A DNA stretch of 64,000 nucleotides from Amphiscolops sp. MND2022 (Eukaryota): NCBI GenBank assembly GCA_964187785.1, contig OZ076413.1:48548001-48612000 (forward strand). The letters are read 5' to 3'. The position numbers were made by a program, and so were the translations under genes. This document shows, piece by piece, positions 49,701-61,495 of the stretch; within the stretch, counting starts at the first letter, position 1; each line of letters begins with the position of its first letter. Under the pieces are notes generated by a model. The model worked only from the letters and a program-made list of their open reading frames with translations, searched no databases and was not told the DNA's origin.

Positions 49701-52700
49701 CCAAAATTTTATTGACACCCACCGAAAACTTGACAATGGGGCCGTACTGAGCTATATCTCGTTCGTTGAAGAGAGGAAAACTACTTTCGATGCAGCAGTC
49801 TGAGTTTTGTGAGTCACTAAAACGCAATCGAAAAAAAATGACAATCAAGGTATCAGTGAAACGAATCTTGTCACAAAAGCATCTTTTTATATTGAAAAAT
49901 GTCTTAAATGCTTTCTCCTGAAGCTTAACATTAACAATTTAAAGGTACCCGATTTTTCCGGCCAAGCTCATCATACTCGTTTGAAAAAAAACGTTTGAAA
50001 AATCTTCAATTACAAGTGAGAAATCATTCAACAAATCTTAGTCCTTTGGTGAAATATCTTGGAGTTTACTTAGACCGAAATCTAACATACGAACATGGAA
50101 CATGTCTTGAAGAAAACGGCTTGTGACATTAAAACTGCATTCTATGCAGTGAAACAATTCCTGCCGGAATAAAATGTCTATTACTTCTGATTGCTCTGGT
50201 TCTAAAATTTTGTTTTCTCAGTGAAACCAGCACGCTATATCCGAATTTGGTTTTAAGACCGTCGTTTTTCCGGCACTGTGCGACTTTTTTCCAATTTGAT
50301 GACGCCGTAACTCAAAACAGGTAGGTCGACGACGGAAACGCTGTAGGAACACCGGAATCACTCGTCACGTTGCATCAGAAATTACAAAAACATCGACCAG
50401 CATTTGGCTATAAGCTAACGAAATGCAACCTTATTGTCAAAGAAGATTTCTAGAAAAAGATGAGAACTCGTTCGACTCGATCGACAGATTGTTACCGGAC
50501 AACAAGTGCTAGGTTCGAAGATAGGTTCCGAAGCAGCGTGCAACGAATTCAGAGAAAAAGTCACCACTGAATACCAGCACAAAGTCGAAAAGCTTGCCAT
50601 CCACGCCCGGAAATCGCCGCAAAACGTATACCACGCCTTCACACAAGGTATACAGAACAAACGCTCGTTTCGCTCCCGAACCACACCCGACATGGAGCCT
50701 TTCCTACAAGAAACAGCAAAGAGGATATCGGAAAAACTGCTACCTGCGCTCACTGGATAGACCGCCCACACAGAAGAGCAGCGTTAACGCTTCTCACTCC
50801 CTCTAACTCCTCTCAACATCCTCTCGTTCGATGAACGCGCCGGGGACTATTCACGATCGGTCGCTTTGAGTGAATGTCTGAAGGGATGGAATTCCTAGCT
50901 GCGAAAAATTCACAACACAAAATCCTCCGCCAACTGAATAAACAGAAATTACAAAACATCACGAAAATTTACAAACTGGACGAAGTCTTAACTGAGGGCG
51001 AATTATATGCCAAGAAGCTGTCTTCAAAAAAACGAGCCTGTGGCTGGTTGAACGCGCTTCCTCTGCAGAAATATGGCTTCGCCCTAACCAAATCAGAATT
51101 CAGAGACGGCTTAGCTCTCCGATATGGATGGGAACCAAAAAAATCTCATTCATGTGCATGCGGTGAACACTTTGTTATGTCGCACGCTTGACACTGTGCA
51201 AGAGGCGGATATGCCCATCTGCGGCATAATCGTTAAGCTCCTAGGAGACGTCTGCAAACATGTTGAAATTGAACCGAAACTTCAGCCGTTAGAAAGCGAG
51301 ACCTTCGATAATAAATCAACGAGCACTGAAGATGAGGCCAGATTAGACATCAAAGCAAACGAACCTTTGGATTGATGATTCTGCCGAACCTTCTTCGAGG
51401 TCAAATCTTCAACCACTTCGCTAACTCCTGTCCAAAACAAATTCAAGAAGCGTACAAACACGAAGCTTCAAAGAAACGCAAATACGAGCAACGTATCAAA
51501 TATCGAAAAGAGCTCTTTCAGGCACTCGTTTTTGCGACGACAGGAGCCGGACCGTCCGCATCGAAAATCATCACAAGACTTTCGGTCAAGCTTGGCAACA
51601 AAACTTCCGAGTCATACGCTGATGTAGGATTTATCAGGATGAAGGTTAGTTTTGCACTTTTGAGGAGTTCAATTTTCTGTATTAGAGGATTTAGATCTCT
51701 CAAACGCACGGTCACTAAGACCAAGTCCTCTATGAGCACAATCGTCGAAGAGGGGAGGCTCACAAGCTTTCAGTGATTTCATAACGATCAACTCGATTGT
51801 GGTACGCTGTTTCATAGACGAGCATCTATGCGATCCGGTGTTTTGTTTTATAAATTAGTCCTCCACTTGCCAGGTTTTCAAATTTGTTTTCATGGGACTG
51901 TTACTGACACTGCAAGGAGGCTCTGTAGCTTGCAGCGTATCGACACCTTCCACGCCTTTTTGAAAAGCCTCTGTAACCTTTTGGTTTCGATGCGCACGGT
52001 CCTTTTTAAATTTGTTTTCATCGAAGCCCCCTCGACTGTTACTAGAAACGAAACGCTTGGCGAGCATAGAGGACTCCTTAGGGTTTTCGACACTATGCGA
52101 CATTTTCCCCAGTTGGGGAAAAGTGGTTTCCGAGACTTATCGAGCATGAAAGGCACCCTTTGGGTGTCTGGAAACTGTTTCCTCAGCTTTTAACACAGAG
52201 GCGAAGCCGTGCTTCGCAAACACTTGCGAAGAAAGTTGCGAACTTTTGAAGAAACCCAAATAAGCAATATCATACGGAGAGCCAAGAGTAAAAAGACATT
52301 ATTGTTAAAATTTCCTCAATTTTACAGCGCCAAAAAATCCCGAAGGGATACCCATAAATCTCGAAAACTATTCTTCTCCAACTGGAAACAACAGAAAACC
52401 CATCTTTCTCAACCGTAAACCTTTAAAAAAACAGGAAATTAAAAAAAATTTCGAAAATTTTTTTGATGAAGGTCTCCGGCAAGTCGCATAGTGCCGAAAA
52501 CCTTGAGCAGTGCTTTATGCTCGCAAAACGTTTCGTTTCTAGTAAAAATTGAGGGGGCTTCGATGAAAACAAATTAGAGAAAAAGTCGCATAGAAAAAAC
52601 AGCGGTCTTTAAAAAAAATCGGATATAGCGTGCTGGGCCTGAGAAAACCTAACTTTAAGACAAAAATTATTCGATTTGAAAAATCTCACAATACCGAAAA

Positions 52701-55700
52701 CTGTAAAAGGGGGGCACTTTGAGATTTTTTTAACATCCAATCTGTTGCAAAATTTCAAAAAATTGAAGCGAGACTTGAAAAATTTTGCAAAAATAAACAA
52801 AAAAATGAGAATTTTCAACAGTCTCATAGTGCCGAAAAATCTGGAAGAAGGGACCCTTTGGGATTTTTTAACATTCGTTCTGTTGCAAAATACCAAAAAA
52901 ATGAAAGGAGGAATCTTCGGTGACAGAAAAAAAAATGCGAAAAAAAGTCACAAAGCCGAAATAACATGCACAAAAAATTTTGGTCAAGGGCGAGACTCGA
53001 ACCCACGTCCTTCTGCTTGGCAGACCTCAAATAATCCTAATTAACCTCTATGCCAAGTGCCAGAGGTTGCGACAAGTGCTGGAAGTTGGCCAACTGCCAG
53101 AAGTTGCCACGGCCACAAATTCAGACTATGCGACTTGCGGTCTGAAACGAGAGAGTTTTCGCGCGGAAAAAAAGCACCCGCACTTTCCCATAACACTTGC
53201 TTATCGCAAGTGTAATAAAAACGTCCTGGGCATATTTTGAAAACTTTGCGCTTTTTGAGCCTTAGATATAGAGTCGACTTTAGACGTTCCCGTCTTGTTT
53301 ACTATTAAAAACTTTGGAATCATATACATATAATGTATGACCAGCCAGAGCCATTAACATTTATGACCATTCAATGATCAGCCCAGGATTTTTAACCTCG
53401 ACAGTACACCGAGAAGTCGAAAAATTGACAAAATTTTGGCAAAATTTTTTCAAAGCTTTATTTCTCGACGAATAATAGCCGCAGCTCCAATCGGTTTTCT
53501 GTTCCTGAAAGCCCTTTACCTAAGCTTTCAAATGCACACTAGTTAGGTTGCGAGTTGGTGCCACTTGTTGGGGTGAGAGCTGCGCCGGGCCTTTCAAATA
53601 TCGGTTGAACTTCTATATGCGTTTTCAATGGTGGCAAACTGAGTTACTAGAGAGGGACAGTAACTTAGAAAACAGTTGCTCAGTTATTGAGGAAAAACGA
53701 ATTTTCTGAAATGTATTTTTTTGCAATTTGTCACTTTTTTTCAGTTATTTTTTTGCCAGTGGCTCGGAAAAAATCTATATTGACACAACAATTCACACCA
53801 GATAGTTCAATCGATTGTCGATAAGAAAGACAATTTTTCGTTTTCCTCTATGCTTTTTGCGTGTCGTAATTTACTATTGATAGCGAAAAAAATAGCTGTC
53901 CTCATTTGAGGACGAAATCACTGTCGAGGTTAAATAAGTTCATTACGCGAGACTGATCAACCTGTTCTTGTATAGGAGGAAAGACTGGGTGCGTTCAAAG
54001 AACGGACACTATTAACTTCTCAATTGAAACAAAAATTACATATCGATGACTGCATTTTGAAGCCAGGTATCAATCTAACCATTTAGATGTAAGCAAGGCA
54101 ACGAATAACTTTGCAGTATTCTTTTCTTGCAAAACCAGCATCTCTACAGCCGCATTCATGACATTGGAATCAATCCACGCAATTTCTGAATCCCAGCATC
54201 CGTCGTCTAACAAAGTTGGCAGATTACTCTCAACAAACGTAGGGTTCTTTCTGTGGCAATAGACTTTGCCATCAGTCAGCAGGAAGAAATAGAATCCTCT
54301 GGTCTCGCAGTAGTTAACCACGCAGTCTGATTGGTCCAGGAAATCTTGGAGATGCTGGTTGATGACTCCAGAGCAGAAGACATTATACGAGTATTTTCCG
54401 GAGTCTGGCACTGTATCAGAGTCCGGAGGCATCAGTTTGTTTGCAGCCAAGTCCAGATGACTGGCTATGAAAGTGGCCGCGTCATTGAGGGGAACTAAGA
54501 AATCTTTGTTCGGACATTGCTCGCCAGGAAGAGAAATTGAGAGCAAAAACATTTCACTCGTTGACCAGTCGCGTTCACCAAGGACCTGAAATCATATCAT
54601 CAACTTTGACAGTATAACGTGCTCAAATTTACCCCATATAGTGTATTTAGATCAGCGAATTGACATTTCTATAAACACTTCTAAAAGTTCAAATTGATTT
54701 TGGCATAGGGGGTGAGTTCATGGTAGATGTAGGCTTTGAATCCTGCGCTAGGCCAATTTTTTATGCTTGCAAAAGTAGAAGGGAGGCCAGCCGTACCAAA
54801 GGGAGACCCTCTTTTTTGAGGTTTTTTCGGTACTGTGCTACTTTTTTCGGAAATTCATTGAGTCAAAGAGTACCCCTTAACCTTGAAATGTTTTCGGCTT
54901 TAATTCGAAAAATAATTCCGCAAAAAATGGGTATTCCATGATTCTAGTTAGGGAGAAGCGGTTTTCGAACCTTATGGCTATCCCTTCGGATATTTTTAGG
55001 CAATGTAAATTAAATAGAAAATTTCACAATAGTGTTACTGTGCTTTTTTAAAACAATTTGCTCTTTCTGAACCCATCGCGGGGCGGCGACTTGGGCCGTT
55101 ACCGGCTTGACCATAGCTACAAAAACCACTTTGAATTTTAACAAGACCGCAACGTCTAAAGTCGGCGCTATATCTAAGGCTCAAAAAGCGCAATTTTTAA
55201 AATTGTAAAAAGGGGACCCTTTCGACTTTTTGAAAATTTAGTTTGTTGCAAAATATCAAAAAAATGAAGGGGGAACCTTTGGAGACATCTAAAAAAATTC
55301 GAAAAATTTTCGAAAAAAAAGAAAAATGAGAATTTGGAAACGAGTCTCATAGTACCGAAAAAGTAGGAAGGGGAGACCCTTTGGGCTTTTTGAAACTTCA
55401 GTTTGCTGCAAAATATCAAAAAACTTGAAGGGGGACCCTTTGGCGACGAAAAAAGTCAAAAAAATCAAATACAAATGTCGACCCTGTAGTCCCGTCCGGT
55501 TTTGTATCTTACGTTAAAAATTGAGTACACTAAAGAGGGGACCCTTTGCACTAACTTAGATGCGTTTCCACTTGCCGGTCCAGTAGTTCTGTAAAAAAAA
55601 AAGTATCCACTACGCATACATTCTGTGGTCTGACGAAAAAAGGGAAAAAAACAAGCCATTGTAATAGTCGGGCTCATTTTGTTAAAATATGATGGGAAAG

Positions 55701-57370
55701 GACACGTGACAAATCGAAACAAGTAATAAAACAAGCAAACGAAGCTTACAGGTTCTTCGTCATTTTGCGGTAGTTGATGATTCTTATTGATGGCAGCTAC
55801 TCTCATCAACTGTTGTACTATAGGGGCAGCTTTCAGACTCTTTGCTGGTAGTATCGGAGCAGTTTCAGACCCAGCATGTACTACACCTGCTTCGCTCTCT
55901 TCACACTCATGGGGCTCGCATTCGGCACCCCAGAGATCCAACAGAAGAGAAATACTTTTAAGGACCTCACTCAAGTTTCCAAACTGCAGACTTAATTCCA
56001 GTCGCAAAGCCAGAACTAGATACTGGTCCTCCAGAGGAATCAAGGTTCCTTCGTCTGATCCACCAAAGTGCCTGGAATGATCAGCAACACGTTACGGTGA
56101 ACAACTTAATGAGAACATTTTGAAACAAAGCTCAGTTTTCAAAGATTTGATAGCTTCGTTTTTAACAAAACACAACTACGCAAAACGAGTTACCAGTTGA
56201 AGGCATCGACAATGCGGAAACTGGGTACTCCTTAATGATTCCAACTATAATTATCTTCCTGAAAAATCCTGGTAAAAAAAACACCAAAATAAAACGTTTG
56301 AAAATGAATGATTTTCTTTCTAGCTGTAAGAAATTGAATAATGAAATAAGATTAACGAATTTTCATTTTTAAAATTAAAAAAACTGTGCGATATTTAATA
56401 TTCCGTTGGAAATAACAAAAGTGTACTAAGCATTCAGATAAGACTTTATATAGCCTCTTTTTGAGACCACTAGAAATCTTTTTCCCCGAACTCACCCAGA
56501 TAAGGCACTATCCAAAAAAGATGCACATTTGTCGGCAATTTCAAGAAGGGCTGTTTCTTCAGAACTTTCTACGCCACTCGCGTTCCGTGAATCAGCAGCA
56601 TAATTTAGCTGCTCGCTTTGGAACAGTGATGCGACTGGTAAGTTCTGGAAGATTTCCAAGGTCTCTGACAACATTTCCGAGCACATCAGTCTATCCTCCA
56701 CACTGGCTGACCGCCAACACTTTTTGAGAAAATTGAAGGCGAAGCTCAGAGCCGCCTTTCCCAGAGCTTTTCCGAAAAAGTTTTTATTAGTTCCCCCATC
56801 TAACAATGACAGAAGGGATGATGATTCAGTCTCGTGTCGTGTTTGGGAACTGATGTTTGGCTTTACAGCTCTTTGAATGGATGAAGGCTGTTGTGTTCGA
56901 GGTTCGGACGGAGAGCATGTTAGTTCTTTCTCCAGATAGACTTTGTAGTAGTTTTTGATGGACTGGGCGAGATGATTCAAAGCATTGATGAATTCTGTGT
57001 TGTGAGCTTTCGAAAGTATTGATTTCTGTTCAGAAAAAACCACATCTAGACAATTGCTGATGTCTTCTTCATCTAAAAAAGAAAATCATTGGCTATTGTT
57101 GAATCATTAAAGCAGAAACAAAAACAAGCCAGGAACGAATGGGAAATCTAACTGAATTTATCCTTCCATCGCCAATCGGCAAGGATGCTTGTGAAAGTAG
57201 CAGAAGCCTGTGGTCCGGTGGCAACACCATTTGTCCTGTGTTCCAGAATGTCAGCCACGCTAACATCCAATAAGCAGTCCACTCTCTTGATTACATCACT
57301 CAGCTTGTTTTCAGCTTCACTTTGCCTCTCAAAGACACCTGAACGACGAACAAAAGGTAAACTTTTGAAT
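22776..57370 (-). CDS. HERC2: HERC2 E3 ubiquitin ligase orthologue, about 23 coding exons visible; 5' end not resolved
   Basis: Domain order: degenerate RLD1, cytochrome-b5-like, MIB/HERC2, UBA, CPH, DOC/APC10, RLD2, RLD3, HECT. Approximate exons: 57370-57153, 57074-56497, 56073-55751, 54586-54075, 49815-49479, 48998-46187, 46022-45683, 44901-40080, 39653-39378, 33221-33001, 32720-32565, 32283-30978, 30795-30540, 30235-30073, 29233-28886, 27583-26934, 26688-26453, 26007-25250, 25112-24971, 24868-24608, 24356-24037, 23626-23373, 23091-22776. Confidence 0.93.
23373..26007 (-). CDS. HERC2: HERC2 HECT-domain exons
   Basis: [45 protein letters not shown]; catalytic motif [19 protein letters not shown]...AIHFCKSID. 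Confidence 0.95.
27840..28852. mobile_element. hAT-type non-autonomous element with a nested HINE copy
   Basis: 8-bp TSD ATGATAAC (27832-27839 and 28853-28860); TIR TAGGGCAACC / GGTTGCCTTA (1 mismatch); subterminal GGGCAAA repeats. Confidence 0.8.
33809..34005. mobile_element. Possible short TA-flanked MITE
   Basis: TA|CCCTCTTCTTA...TAAGTAGGAGGG|TA imperfect TIR. Confidence 0.4.
35136..35424. mobile_element. Tc1/pogo-type MITE
   Basis: TA|CCGTGTTCTGCTATTATAAGAC...GTCTTATAATAAGCAGAACACGG|TA. Confidence 0.8.
35905..35931. repeat. (CTG)n microsatellite
   Basis: Perfect CTG run of about 9 units. Confidence 0.9.
36145..37272 (+). CDS. Nested antisense gene: multi-pass membrane protein (375 aa), family not recognised
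   Basis: Intact single-exon ORF with about 8-9 hydrophobic segments; splice-acceptor-like CATTGTAG just before AAAATGG; lies in the HERC2 intron 33222-39377. Confidence 0.8.
   Translation: MGEIQPQIKLENFDSYLLNLDEKSLFLIIYTFFLAISELFSGFTLQTYLDPEYQEESSCSYRRKKTHTLKVYIFYCILLVVRAVAVLYIIPDNYIVNLAALVPPATLQKFTSANSKIVSQHSRELFHLLVNIGTSILAIGLINLVMIYFHLQTDGYPLEIDRLYVNSFLISLFLLKLIGFLFNKIIFWISDDVMSHQRKINFMLWAILTGAQIFYLIRDHQKLPLQNFVRDSGAFRNHLMDLSKYVTITVILISVAFIILCAMSSKLAQPITVQLLCPEMSILFGLLSWSSESEMIKLSTITCLSLTVFQLVMVALIKCVTKLCETYEVKFTRLPTRGKTYDVRANTEKFMATRNQTSKNSGVVTLQITPLSDVH
37850..39265 (-). mobile_element. Tandem HINE-like copies (about 37850-38505 and 38676-39265)
   Basis: Each starts AACAAG, hairpin, A(G/A)TCGGCG and ends (A/G)CCGA(C/T)TAAAAA. 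Confidence 0.7.
40080..44901 (-). CDS. HERC2: HERC2 giant exon (~4.8 kb): MIB/HERC2, UBA, CPH, SH3-like, DOC and start of RLD2
   Basis: [44 protein letters not shown]...[35 protein letters not shown]. Confidence 0.95.
45043..45226. mobile_element. Tc1/pogo-type MITE
   Basis: TA|CAGTCAAACTCGGATAAAAGAAAC...GTTTCTTTTATCCGAGTTCGACTG|TA. Confidence 0.85.
45252..45630 (-). mobile_element. Diverged HINE-like copy
   Basis: GTCGGCGCC near 45268 and GCGCCGACT near 45615. Confidence 0.5.
49258..49431. mobile_element. Tc1/pogo-type MITE
   Basis: TA|CAGTGGATACCGGATATAA...TTATATCCGGGATCCACTG|TA (18/19 match). Confidence 0.85.
50045..50205 (+). pseudogene. Short remnant of a non-LTR retrotransposon RT C-terminus
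   Basis: Translates as [16 protein letters not shown], a typical LINE RT thumb motif. Confidence 0.5.
50310..51830 (+). mobile_element. 5'-truncated, decayed CRE-clade non-LTR retrotransposon (RT end, Cys/His knuckle, restriction-like endonuclease)
   Basis: Fragments [89 protein letters not shown] across several frameshifts. Confidence 0.8.
51900..53299. mobile_element. Cluster of nested HINE-like repeats including a tRNA-like segment
   Basis: GGGACCC / GTGCCGAAAA family motifs; end structure GAGTCGACTTTAGACGTTCCCGTCTTGTT at about 53271-53299. Confidence 0.65.
53396..53929. mobile_element. piggyBac-type MITE
   Basis: TTAA|CCTCGACAGT...ACTGTCGAGG|TTAA. Confidence 0.85.
54720..55700. mobile_element. 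Two opposed HINE-like copies
   Basis: End structures GGCGACTTGGGCCGTTACCGGCTTG (about 55085-55109) and AACAAGACCGCAACGTCTAAAGTCGGCGC (about 55140-55168). Confidence 0.65.
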
Positions 57371-58742
57371 CTATAAACACTGCATTTGTTTGAAAAAAGT
57401 CGTATTTCACAACTCCAAAATGCCGCTTTTATTCGTACAAAAACTATCGATAAGAATGAATGTCGACAAAACACTTGTTAAATACAGTGCAATACGGGTA
57501 TATCAGACTCATTTAAACCCGTCTAAGTCGTCGTTAAATCCGAAGGACGTTATAGAAGATTGGGAAACTAATGGGGATCAGGATTCATAATATGATTCAA
57601 AACGAAAATCGTTCCAACAAATATCATCCCATTCCAGAGACTTGTGTTCTTCGCCTTTTAGTGGCTGTTACTCAAATTTCAGTAACACTTTCATTAAAAG
57701 CCGATGGAATGAATTTAGAAGTTTTAAAAACATGGAGGACTAACCAGCGCATTTGGCTGCATTCGGGGCGGTATTCCTGCTTCGCTTTAAAAGGTCGTTG
57801 AACTTTTCACAGTCAGACACTGAAGATCTCTCTTCGGACAGAAGTTGCTGAAGAACAACAATCAACATCTAACTATTTTGAGTTGAGCTTTTCTCGAAAT
57901 AAAAGGAAACCTATCAGATCTTGCAAACTAAGGTTGTATAATGACTAACTTGTAAAACAACGGACATCGAATCACGCTCAGAGGACACTTCGGGAAACAT
58001 GGGTGGAACACAATTACGTGAATAGGTCCACTCGTAGCCAATCAAATCAAAGAACTACTTCCATTATCATTTACATCATCTGAAAATTATACCTTGCACC
58101 ATTAAGGTCAAACACAAAGTGCATGACGTACGGCTCTTATAAAGTTTTCGAAGGGTTCAATATTATTCTCTTTGCCCAAAATGTCTGCCTATGCATCTCG
58201 ACACCCAATCTGCTAAAAGTCATGGGAATTTCAGAAACAGTTAGAACAAATTTTGCCGAGACCAACACTGAGGATGCAAGAGATAACAAAAATCCATCGA
58301 TGCTTTTGAATTTACCAATCATCAAAGTCCAACCATTGGGTTATGTTTTCATTCACTTCGTTCAAGGTTCAAAAGTGACTAATTGTCATCGAGTTGATAC
58401 GATCTCAAACAAAGCAAAATGTGAATCTATTGACCTCTGAATATGAATTATTCCGATTACATGCAAATTTCATTCGATGACATTAAATTTGATGCGACAA
58501 GTTTGTTTGTAAATTTCGTTATGTAAGTGGTCCAATAAAGCCATGCAAATAAATTTACCCCTATGAATTAGCATTCCACAAGGTTACTCAGCTGATGTTT
58601 TATTTACAAAAAGACGCAGATGCCATTAAAATGTTTTTCTTGCTTTTCAAAATTTCAATTTTCATATATAAATTTTGTTGACGTTCTGAGAAAAAAGCAA
58701 ACACTATGACTTTTAGGACCCCCCGAACTAACATGATTAGTT

Positions 58743-60812
58743 CCCGGGTTGACCCTCTTATTAGCATCTTGGCAAGATCTTGCCAAATTCTTAGTACATC
58801 TTGGCAGCCATGGATCTCATGGCAAGATTCTTACTAAAATCTTACCGTGGTGTATCATCATTCCAAGATCGAATCTAAGATTTCAAAAATTCGATCAAGG
58901 GTGCTGAAAATAGCTACATTCATATAATAATTCTTTTGCCGGGTCTTTACGCAATTTCTCAGCCTGGACCTTGATTTCCTGTAAAGATTCAAACTCTCTG
59001 TGAATTCAAACCTTATGCCAGTGGTTTTATATCTTACAACGGTGAAATGAGAACCGATCTACAAGGTTTTTTGGAAATTTTTAGGGGTTTTCGGGGTGAA
59101 ATTGGCTAAAATAACACATTTTGGGGGACTTTTAGATCTCATTCCAGAGATCTGAGTCCTTATTCCAAAGATCACTGATTTTAGATCCTAATCCACTGAA
59201 ATGAGATCGACGTACACTGTTTTTGGTCCATTCAGGGGTTTTCTGTATGAAATTGGAGAGAATGTCATCTCGGGGAACTTTAGATCTTATTCCATGTATA
59301 TTCCTAGCAATATACATGGAATAAGATATAAAATTCCCCAAAACGACATTCGATGGATTCGGTTCTCAATTCAGTGGTGTTAGATCTTATTCCTGTGATT
59401 TTATTCCTTATTCCAGTGGCTTTAGAACTTATTCCTGTGAAATGAAAGCCGAAGTACAATGTTTTCAGGGGTTTTCCTTATGTTAGAGAAAATATCGTCG
59501 TTCTGATGAATTTTAGATTTTCCAGAGGTTTCATTATATTAGAGAAAATATCATCGTTCTGTTGAATTTTAGATTTTTCAGAGGTTTTAGTCCTTATTCC
59601 AATGGCTTCAGATCTTATTCCTGAGAAATGAAAACCGACGTACAAGGTTTTTTCAGGGTGAAATAGAAAATATTGTCCGTCTGGGTGATTTTAGATCATA
59701 TTCCTTTCAGATCGAAAACAGAAAAAGTTCGAAATCGAGTTGAGTTAGATTATTTTTCAGAAATGTTGGAAAATGTTTGGTGACAAACATTCGAAGCTTG
59801 TTTCAAATTTGGTGGATATTGAATGCCCAGATTGCAATGACTCTCAGAGATTGGAAATGTTCGCCGTTTTGGAGTTTTTGAGAACGTCATTGACTAAATA
59901 AGGACGTACCAAAGACGCTGTTATTCTATCAGTTATTCACTAGACTGAACGATTTTCTTCGACATGCAATTTCTCCACTGGCAGTTTGTTGAAGTTTCTA
60001 TTTGAGTTGTCGAATTCCTGTGAAATGAAAACCGACGTACAAGGTTTTTTCAGGGGTTTTCATTATGAAATTGAGAAAATATCGTCGTTCTGGTTTGTAG
60101 TGGTTGTAAAAATCATCCAGTAATTTTGTTTTGAGTGATGTCTTAGATTATTTTTGCATAACTTTTAATTTAATGGTTTTCTGATTCTACTTTTTCTCGA
60201 TATCAAGCAAATCGTGGCAATTTTGTTCTCGCCATATTCGGCTTCTTAGTTAGATTTTTCTTGCCATATTGGGCTTTTGAATAAGGTTTTTCTTGGAAAC
60301 ATGGCTCTCTTGATAAGATCTTACCATGGCATCTTGCAATTTTTGACAATATCTAATCACGATCTTAGCTAAGATTTTTCCAAGATCTTGGCAAGATCTT
60401 ACTAAGATATCCATGGAGGGTCGACCCGGGTTACCATTTTCATTTGTCACTTCTTACGATAACCAGGAGGCTTTGGGTTGAAATCAACTCTAGGGTTGGT
60501 TCAGAATTTTTCTGGAAACAACAATGTTAACAAGACGCCCGCTAAGCACCGGGATATTTTCCTCCCTTTTCGCCTTCATCACTTGAGCCATAGCTATTTT
60601 GGAAGGGGAATAGAATCTAAATAATAAGATCTAAAATTTAGTGATATTAGATCTTATTCCCGTCCTGAAATTTTAGATCTTATTCCCTTTGGATCTTAAT
60701 CCCATTTTTACTTTAGATCTTATTCCCATCAGATTTTATACTCGTCCTGAAATTTTAGATCTTGTTCCCTTTGGATCTTATTCCCTTTTTTGACTTAAGA
60801 TCTTATCCCTCC
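58743..60812. repeat. Repeat-rich block with CAAGATCTTG and TTAGATCTTATTCC units
   Basis: Inverted ends CCCGGGTTGACCCTC (58743) and GAGGGTCGACCCGGG (about 60416-60430); many AGATCTTATTCC copies at 59130-59705 and 60620-60810. Confidence 0.6.
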
Positions 60813-61032
60813 CTACTAAAATAGTCAAGTGACTATAGTTACTTGACTCACAAAGTGATGGAGCGTGGAGATTTGGCAGAATTTGGAAAAAAAACGCAAC
60901 ACAGATGATGATTTTCCTCCCCATTGAAAATGTGGGTCGGAAAATAACAGCATAGAACAACATATAACAGTCTCCTTCGGGTCTCACTAACATTTCTGTA
61001 GATGTAATAAATGACAAATTTCAACAACAATC

Positions 61033-61495
61033 TTTAGTCGCCGCATTTTAGTAGAAAATGTGCCCCACTCATACAGTGGGTAGTTTTTTTAGACGCGTAA
61101 GGTCCACTTTTTTGTTCATTTGTTCAACAACTTGAACTATGGAGGTTCAAAACACTCGAACCTCAGAAGCGCGTCCAAAACGAAAACACGCCCAGAACCT
61201 CGAAAGCACACTAAGGTTCCCACCTTAGCGCCACTTTTTTTCGGCACTATGCGACTTTTTTGAAATTTTTCGGATTGCACCAAAGGGTCCCCCTTCATTT
61301 GTTTCGATATTTTGCAACACAATGGATGTCAAAAAATCCTAAAGGGTCCCCCTTTTACATTTTTCGGCACTGTGACACTATTCAAAAATCACATTTTTAA
61401 AAATTTTTTGGGAAATTTTTTAAAGTCAAAGGGTCCCACCTTTTACATTTTTGAGCCTTAGATATGGCGCCGACTTTGGCCGTTCTCGGCTTGTT
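61033..61495 (+). mobile_element. Apparently full-length HINE/DINE-1-like element
   Basis: 5' TTTAGTCGCCGCATTTT..AAAATGTG (subTIR plus partial IR); 3' GGCGCCGACT (subTIR) plus hairpin GCCG-TTCT-CGGC and TTGTT; no TSD. Confidence 0.75.

Noticed and set aside
52981..53060. Functional tRNA-Gly gene
   Set aside because: Only the 3' half (T arm and CCA) is recognisable; no matching acceptor stem or D arm, and it is embedded in a repeat.
57480..58440. Candidate first exons of HERC2 or a separate small gene
   Set aside because: No frame with recognisable HERC2 N-terminal similarity or consistent splice phases was found by eye.
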